From NCBI GenBank assembly GCA_963809895.1, contig CAWELD010000003.1:2656001-2720000 (forward strand): a stretch of 64,000 nucleotides of DNA. Direction: 5' to 3'. Of this stretch, positions 58,198-64,000 are shown piece after piece. The stretch comes from an uncultured Gemmatimonadales bacterium. GTDB taxonomy: Bacteria > Gemmatimonadota > Gemmatimonadetes > Longimicrobiales > Gaopeijiaceae. The notes under the pieces were generated by a model that saw only the letters and a program-made list of their open reading frames with translations, was not told the DNA's origin and did no database searches. How positions within the stretch are numbered: position 1 is the stretch's first letter; every line of letters starts with the position of its first letter. Position numbers and translations under genes: made by a program.

Positions 58198-60908
58198 CCC
58201 GCCAGGAGCCGGAGCTCCCCCGGCTCCTGCGCCGGCTGCTCGCCGCGATCCTCCCCAGCGATCGCCGGGAGGACGGCCTCGGCGATCTGGAAGAAGGATA
58301 CCGGGCCCGCTGGAGGCGGAAGGGCCCGGCCTCGGCGCGCCGCTATCTGTGGCGGGAGACCGCGTCGTTGCTCCGTTGGCGGCTCCTGGGCCGACACGGG
58401 ACCGACGCCGCACGGGCTCAGGAGCCGAGCAGATCGAGCCTCGACACGACGATGGGAGGAGGGACGATGGGACGGGATCTCGGGCTGGACCTGCGCTTCG
58501 CCGTGAGAACGCTGGCCCGCCGGCCGGGCTTCGCCTTCACGGCGATCCTCGTGCTGGGGCTGGGCATTGGCGCCCCCACCACCGTGCTCACGTTGGTGAA
58601 CCGCATCTTCTTCTGGCGCCCACCCGAAGTCGTGGAGCCTCACCGCTTGCTGAGGATCTATCGCTCGTGGGCACCCGGTGAGGGCGGTGGGTCCATGCAG
58701 AACGCCGACTTTGCGTACTACCGTGACAACGCCACGACGCTGGCGGCCCTGGCAGCGTTCAGCGGAAACGTGACCGTGTCCTGGTCCACCACCGCCGACG
58801 ACGCCGGCCAACTCGAGACGCGCTTCGTTTCCGCCAACTACTTCGGCCTGTTGGGCGTGGAGCCGGAGCTGGGCCGGACCTTCCTTCCCGAAGAGAACGC
58901 GGACCCCGGCACCCACCCCGTGGCCCTCCTGAGCCACGGCTTCTGGCGAAACGCGCTGGGAGCGGATCCCACCGTCGTGGGTCGGAGCATCACCCTCAAC
59001 GGACATCCGTTCACCGTGGTGGGCGTCGCGCCGCCGGACTTCCAGGGCCTGAGCCCCGTGGATCAGGTCCCCGACGCCTGGGTGCCGCTGGCCATGTTCG
59101 GGACGCTGACCCGGGCGGCGTACACCTCGTGGTGGGAGCGGCTCCCGAACCAACGGAGCAACTGGCTCTCCCTCGTGGGTCGGCTCGCGCCCGGCGTGAC
59201 CTTCGAGGCGGCAGACGCGAACCTTCAGGCGCTGTCGGCATCCCTCACCTATCCCGGGCGCCCCGACGAGGAAGGTGTGCTGGTCACTCGGGACTACCTG
59301 TACCGTCCCAGCCAGAGCTCCATGCTGACGACGCTGTCGGGACTCCTGCTGGCGGTGGTGGCCATCGTTCTCGTGGTGGCCATGGCCAACGTGGCCGTGC
59401 TCCTGCTGTCCCGCGCGTCCACGCGCAGCCGGGAGCTGGGCATTCGCACCGCCATGGGCGCCGGTCGGAGTCGCCTCCTGCGGCAGCTCCTCACCGAGGC
59501 GCTGGTCCTGGGGCTCGCGGGCGGCGCTGTGGGCGTGGCGCTGGCCTGGACGCTCTCGGACCTCGCGGCGTCGCTGCTCCCCCTGTCCTTCGTCGGCAGC
59601 TTCAGGCCCGACGCGCGGGTGCTGGCCGCGGCGGTCGCACTCTCGCTGGTCACGGCCATGGGCGTAGGCCTGGTGCCGGCGTTGCGCGGCGCACGTGGGG
59701 CGGCGGCCACCATCCACGGCTCCCGGGTGGCGGGCGGACAGAGCCGTGTCCGCGACGCGCTGGTGGTGGGCCAGGTGGCGCTCTCGCTCACGCTGGTGGC
59801 GGGCGCGATCCTCTTCGGACGCAGCTTCTGGACCGCGCACACCAAGGATCTGGGTTTCGAGACCGACCATCGCCTCGCTCTTCAGGTCGACCTGCGAGCG
59901 CGTGGCTACGAGCCGCCCGAGGGGCGAGCCTTCATCTCCAGCGCGCTGGAGCGGCTGGCCGCGCTCCCTGGGGTCGAGGAGGTCACGACCTCGCGCATGA
60001 TTCCGTTCCAGGGGGATTGGAGCGGCGACTTCACGCCGCCTCCGGGGGCCCGCCCCAACACGCCGGAAGGCCAGGCCTTCACCGGCTACAACGTGGTGTC
60101 GCCTGGCTACTTCCATTTGATGGGCATGCCCATGGTGCGCGGGCGACCCTTGGGCAGCGAAGACGTGGAGGGCAGCACGCCGGCCGTCGTGATCAACGAA
60201 AAGCTGGCCAACGACCTGTGGCCTGGCGAAGACCCTGTGGGGCGGACCCTCCCGCTCAGCGACGACAGGGATTTCACCGTCGTCGGCGTCGCGGCCAACG
60301 CCACCTACTACGAGCTGGACGAGGAACCGACGCCGCAGCTCTGGGGCTCGGTACAGCAGCTCTACCAGTCGCAGGTGGCCTTCCTGGTCCGGACCTCGGG
60401 CCCGCCGGCGTCCGTGGTTCCGGCCGCGGAGGCCGCACTCCGGGAGCTGGACCCCACCCTGGCCTTCGGAACGGTGACCACCCTGGACGCGGTATTCGAA
60501 GAGGTGACGGCCCGCTACCAGGTGTCCGCCATCCTGGTGGGGATCTTCAGCGCGCTGGCACTGGTGCTGGCGGTGACCGGGCTGTACGGCGTCGTCTCCT
60601 TCGCCGTCGTGCAACGGACGCGCGAGATCGGGGTGCGCATGGCCCTGGGCGCCGACCGCGGCCGGGTGGCCCGCCAGGTTCTGCGCTCCGGGCTGCGGCT
60701 CGCGGGGCTGGGCGTGGCGCTGGGCCTGCTGGCGGTGATCGCCTTGCGCGGGTTCACGGCGAGCCTGCTCTACGGCGTCGAGCCCGGAGATCCCCTGACT
60801 CTCGCCGCGGCGACGCTCACGCTCGTGGCGGTCACTCTGGTGGCGACGCTGGGACCGGCGCGCCGCGCCAGTCGGGTGGACCCTCTGGACGCCATGCGGG
60901 CCGAGTGA
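58194..60908 (+). CDS. ADOP-type duplicated ABC (MacB/FtsX-like) permease
   Basis: ATGA overlap with padR; DLRFAVRTL..RPGF; VSANYF..LGV; RELGIR.AMGAGR; QRTREIGVRMALGA; PARRASRVDP..AMRAE. Confidence 0.92.
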   Translation: MTRQEPELPRLLRRLLAAILPSDRREDGLGDLEEGYRARWRRKGPASARRYLWRETASLLRWRLLGRHGTDAARAQEPSRSSLDTTMGGGTMGRDLGLDLRFAVRTLARRPGFAFTAILVLGLGIGAPTTVLTLVNRIFFWRPPEVVEPHRLLRIYRSWAPGEGGGSMQNADFAYYRDNATTLAALAAFSGNVTVSWSTTADDAGQLETRFVSANYFGLLGVEPELGRTFLPEENADPGTHPVALLSHGFWRNALGADPTVVGRSITLNGHPFTVVGVAPPDFQGLSPVDQVPDAWVPLAMFGTLTRAAYTSWWERLPNQRSNWLSLVGRLAPGVTFEAADANLQALSASLTYPGRPDEEGVLVTRDYLYRPSQSSMLTTLSGLLLAVVAIVLVVAMANVAVLLLSRASTRSRELGIRTAMGAGRSRLLRQLLTEALVLGLAGGAVGVALAWTLSDLAASLLPLSFVGSFRPDARVLAAAVALSLVTAMGVGLVPALRGARGAAATIHGSRVAGGQSRVRDALVVGQVALSLTLVAGAILFGRSFWTAHTKDLGFETDHRLALQVDLRARGYEPPEGRAFISSALERLAALPGVEEVTTSRMIPFQGDWSGDFTPPPGARPNTPEGQAFTGYNVVSPGYFHLMGMPMVRGRPLGSEDVEGSTPAVVINEKLANDLWPGEDPVGRTLPLSDDRDFTVVGVAANATYYELDEEPTPQLWGSVQQLYQSQVAFLVRTSGPPASVVPAAEAALRELDPTLAFGTVTTLDAVFEEVTARYQVSAILVGIFSALALVLAVTGLYGVVSFAVVQRTREIGVRMALGADRGRVARQVLRSGLRLAGLGVALGLLAVIALRGFTASLLYGVEPGDPLTLAAATLTLVAVTLVATLGPARRASRVDPLDAMRAE

Positions 60909-60957
60909 GATCCGGCCTCGGGGAAACCCTGCGCGCCGAATCGGCGTAGAGGAGAGC

Positions 60958-62001
60958 GTGAGACTCTCGCGTATCCTCCGTTCGCCCGTCGGGCTGGTCC
61001 TGGCGCTGGTGGCCGACCTCCTGACCGGAGGCCTGAGCCCCCTGCACGCGCCGGGGCCCGTATCCCTGGACGCAGCCATGGCCGCGCAGGCTCGGGTGAC
61101 CGACGACTGGCTGACCATGCCCGGGGTGGTTGGAACCGCTGTGGGACTGGGCCCCCACGGCGGCGCCGTGGTGAAGGTCTACCTCACGGCCGCGGGCGTC
61201 GCGACCCTGCCCGCCAACGTGGCGGGCGTGCCCGTGCAACTCGAGGTGACCGGGCCCATCGTGGCGCTCGGTGAGCTCCCCGCGACCGCGGCCCGAGACG
61301 GGGGCGTGGACCCCAAGCGCGGTTTCCCCCGTCCCGTACCCATCGGGGTCAGCACGGGCCATCCCGACGTCACGGCCGGCACCATCGGCGCCAGGGTCAC
61401 GAACGGGACCCGCGTCTTCGGCCTCAGCAACAATCACGTCTACGCCGCCAACAACGGCGGGCGCACCGGCGATCCCCTCCTTCAGCCGGGCGTGGCCGAC
61501 GGCGGGCGGGCGCCCGACGACGTGGTGGGCACGCTCTACGACTACGAGCCCATCCGCTTCTGCAGCATGGGTCTGTGTCCGGCGAACGCCATCGACGCGG
61601 CGCTGGCGGCCACCACGCCGGAGGACCTCGGCGTCGAGACGCCGGAAGGCGGGTACGGAGCTCCCCGGTCCACCACGGCCGAGGCCCGCATCGGGCTGAA
61701 GGTCCAGAAGTACGGACGCACCACCGGCCACACCCGGGGTCGGGTGACGGGCCTCAACGCCACCATCAACGTGAGCTACCGGACGGGCACGGCCCGCTTC
61801 ACCAACCAGATCGTCGTCACCGGCGATGGCTTCAGCGCCGGTGGCGATTCGGGCTCACTCATCGTCACCGACGGCGTTCTGGCCGGTGACCGCCGGCCCG
61901 TGGGGCTGTTGTTCGCCGGCAGCGCCAACAGCACGATCGCCAATCCCATCGACGCGGTGCTGGCGCGCTTCGACGTCACCATCGACGGAGGCGGCTCGTG
62001 A
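60958..62001 (+). CDS. Secreted trypsin-like (S1/Nal1-like) serine protease
   Basis: GTIG; LSNNHV (His); IDAALA (Asp); KYGRTTG; GDSGS (Ser); VGLLFAG. Confidence 0.85.
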   Translation: MRLSRILRSPVGLVLALVADLLTGGLSPLHAPGPVSLDAAMAAQARVTDDWLTMPGVVGTAVGLGPHGGAVVKVYLTAAGVATLPANVAGVPVQLEVTGPIVALGELPATAARDGGVDPKRGFPRPVPIGVSTGHPDVTAGTIGARVTNGTRVFGLSNNHVYAANNGGRTGDPLLQPGVADGGRAPDDVVGTLYDYEPIRFCSMGLCPANAIDAALAATTPEDLGVETPEGGYGAPRSTTAEARIGLKVQKYGRTTGHTRGRVTGLNATINVSYRTGTARFTNQIVVTGDGFSAGGDSGSLIVTDGVLAGDRRPVGLLFAGSANSTIANPIDAVLARFDVTIDGGGS

Positions 62002-62207
62002 GCGACGCCCTCAACGCGGCCCACCGTAAGCTGACGGACCAGGTCATCGATCGGGACGGCGTCTCGGGAACGGCCATCGGCGAGCAAGGCGGCAAGCCTT
62101 GCCTCAAGGTCTACGTCAGCACCGACGAGGCGGCCCGCGCCGCGCCGCGTTCCGTGGACGGATTTCCCGTGGTGGTCGAGAAGACCGGGGTCTTCCGCCG
62201 GCGCTGA
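61998..62207 (+). CDS. 69-aa protein homologous to the N-terminal domain of the upstream protease
   Basis: GTGA overlap; GVSGTAIG...LKVYV...PRSVDGFPVVVEKTG compared with GVVGTAVG...VKVYL...PANVAGVPVQLEVTG. Confidence 0.8.
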   Translation: MSDALNAAHRKLTDQVIDRDGVSGTAIGEQGGKPCLKVYVSTDEAARAAPRSVDGFPVVVEKTGVFRRR

Positions 62208-62311
62208 CCGGCACGCTGTCCTTCCCTTCTCTCGTCATCGGTTGCCCTCACACCCGCCTCTCCGGCAGAATCAGGAGAAAGGTGGGATGTTTCAGTCTCG
62301 AGAGGTGAAGG

Positions 62312-62575
62312 GTGAACGACGACCGACGGCGCAAACGAAGAGAGATCCGGCTGATCCAGAACGAATCGTCGTGGCTGCAGAAAGCACTGTTCGCGCTGGG
62401 CAAGGCCGAGGACGCCCGGGACAAGCTCGCTGACATGCGCGGCGAGGAGCCCGAGCCCTTCGAGTTGGAGCTCGACGGCGACAAGCTCTCGGTGGAGCGC
62501 TTCGAGGAGGCGTTGGAGAAAAGGACCCAGACGCTCCTCTCCCTCATCCGGGCCCGCCGGCGGACGCTGGGATAG
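62312..62575 (+). CDS. Hypothetical helical protein (87 aa)
   Basis: GAGGTG/GAAGG upstream of the GTG; protein-like sequence IRLIQNESSWLQKALFALGKAE; typical codon usage. Confidence 0.7.
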   Translation: MNDDRRRKRREIRLIQNESSWLQKALFALGKAEDARDKLADMRGEEPEPFELELDGDKLSVERFEEALEKRTQTLLSLIRARRRTLG

Positions 62576-62585
62576 CTCCCCCGGG

Positions 62586-64000
62586 TCAGCCGCCCTCCTC
62601 CAGAATGCGGGCGGGATCGGTGCGTGACGCCCTGAACGCCGGCAGCAGGCTGGCAGCGAGCGCCAGCATCGCCATGAAGAGGATCACCGCTCCGTAGACG
62701 GCCGGATCCGCCGGTCGCACCTGGAAGAGGAGGGAGCCGAGGGCGCGAGAGGCGGCGAAGGCCGCACCCAGCCCCAGAACGGTTCCCCAGGCGGTGAGCG
62801 CCATCCCCCGGCGGGCGATCATCCTCCGCACCTGCGCGGGGCTCGCCCCCACCGCCATGCGCAGCCCGATCTCGGAGCGCCGCCGACCGACCATCAGGGA
62901 CAGCACGCCGAAGACCCCGAGCGCAGCCATGAGGGCCGCGACGCTCCCGAACACGATGGAGAGCGCACCCAGCGCCCTGCTGGAGCTCAGCGCGTCGTCC
63001 ACGTAGGACTGCAGCGTGCGCACGCGGATCACCGGCACCCCGGGCTCCCGCGCCGCCACGGCGCGGCGGATCACGTCGGTGGAGAACGGAGCGCCTCGCG
63101 TCTTCAGGACGAGACTCAGCGCCACGCCCCAGTTGGCTCGAGACTGATGGACGGGCACGTAGACCTGGATGCGTGAGGGCGCACCGAGCTCGTAGTGCCG
63201 CACGTTGGGTACCACGCCCACCACGGTCCGCCACACCGGCTCGGGCTCGCCGCCCGCCGCAGGACGATTCCGTTCGAAACTGATCTTTCGGCCGACGGGG
63301 TTCTCACCCGGCCAGTACAGCTCCGCCATGCGCTCGTCGATGATCGCCACGAGCGGACCGTCGGGTTGGTCCTCGGGCCCGAAGGCGCGCCCCGACAGAA
63401 GCGGAATCCCCATGGCCCGGAAGTAGTCCGTGGAGACGATGTCGTAGAGCACCGACTCGCCGCTGTCGGGATCGTAGGGCACGTTGTCGGGAAGCACCCG
63501 CAACTCCCAGGAGCGGTTGGAGAGCGGCAGGAGGAGGCTGGCGGCGGCCACCTCCACACCGGGCTCTGCCGCCAGCTCCTCCCGGACACCGTCGTAGAAG
63601 GAGAGCCACGATGCCCGATCCGGGAACGTGCCCCGGGGGATGCTGACACCGGCGGTGAGCACGCCCTGGGAGACGAACCCCTTGTCCACCCCCGCGAGCT
63701 CGCGGAAGCTCCGCACCAGCAGGCCGGCGCCCACCAGAAGGACCAGGGACAGCGTCACCTGTGCGACCACGAGCCCGTCGCGCAGCCGATCACCGTGCCG
63801 GCCGCCCATGGTGCGGGCGCCCTGGCGCAGATCGTCCCTGCCCGCCGCCCGAGCCGCCCTGCGGGCCGGCACGAGGCCCGCCAACAGGGCGCTCGCCACC
63901 ACGACGACCGCCACGAACACCAGCACGGAGCCGTCCAGAGAGATCCGGCCCGCCACCAGCGCCGGAATCTGGACCGGCAACGCCCGGGGCAGCGCCCGTA
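62586..64000 (-). CDS. Second ADOP-type ABC permease (C-terminal part; 5' end outside the window)
   Basis: GLVPARRA; LVVAQVTLSLVLLVGAGLLVRSF; VSTDYFRAMGI; RRSEIGLRMAVGA; PAFRASRTDP. Confidence 0.92.
   Translation of the reverse strand, partial: RALPRALPVQIPALVAGRISLDGSVLVFVAVVVVASALLAGLVPARRAARAAGRDDLRQGARTMGGRHGDRLRDGLVVAQVTLSLVLLVGAGLLVRSFRELAGVDKGFVSQGVLTAGVSIPRGTFPDRASWLSFYDGVREELAAEPGVEVAAASLLLPLSNRSWELRVLPDNVPYDPDSGESVLYDIVSTDYFRAMGIPLLSGRAFGPEDQPDGPLVAIIDERMAELYWPGENPVGRKISFERNRPAAGGEPEPVWRTVVGVVPNVRHYELGAPSRIQVYVPVHQSRANWGVALSLVLKTRGAPFSTDVIRRAVAAREPGVPVIRVRTLQSYVDDALSSSRALGALSIVFGSVAALMAALGVFGVLSLMVGRRRSEIGLRMAVGASPAQVRRMIARRGMALTAWGTVLGLGAAFAASRALGSLLFQVRPADPAVYGAVILFMAMLALAASLLPAFRASRTDPARILEEGG

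Noticed and set aside
55048..58413. 1121-aa TonB receptor with long extensions
   Set aside because: The N-terminal part is antisense to padR, and the C-terminal part is out-of-frame read-through after the indel near 55990.
1..64000. tRNA, rRNA, transposase, integrase, prophage or known defence genes
   Set aside because: None recognised by eye or in the ORF track; a covariance-model and HMM scan would be needed to exclude divergent ones.

Overview
High-GC bacterial chromosomal window. The gene repertoire (ADOP permeases with PadR, DUF5916, PorV-like barrel, DUF4159/MoxR cluster) suggests a Gemmatimonadota-like organism; this is inference. I found no rRNA, tRNA, transposase, integrase or CRISPR-cas. 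Main blocks: (1) a DEAD-box-like protein with degenerate catalytic motifs, HU and a K+ channel. (2) An uncharacterised module at 3.5-7.6 kb: putative sigma54 promoter, secreted six-Cys peptide, hairpin, beta-propeller, ABC ATPase and permease, plus a convergent AAA-only sigma54 activator. (3) infA, two DUF5916 proteins, a PorV-like barrel, hydrolases and cyclophilin. (4) A tightly coupled ~15 kb minus-strand energy operon, korA-korB-hyp-rnfB-giant PFOR-like-rnfCDGEA, ending in three small Cys-rich genes, two of which share an unrecognised five-Cys domain. (5) An intergenic region with nested inverted repeats. (6) A ~16 kb DUF4159/vWA/TPR-peptidase/MoxR/DUF58/BatA/coiled-coil operon. (7) An M28 peptidase and palindromic repeats. 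(8) A TonB receptor-cytochrome c lipoprotein-ScyD/E operon. (9) PadR-ADOP, a trypsin-like protease followed by a free-standing copy of its N-terminal domain, and a second ADOP permease. About 13 single-base frameshifts, mostly +1, interrupt otherwise intact genes and most likely reflect long-read sequencing error.
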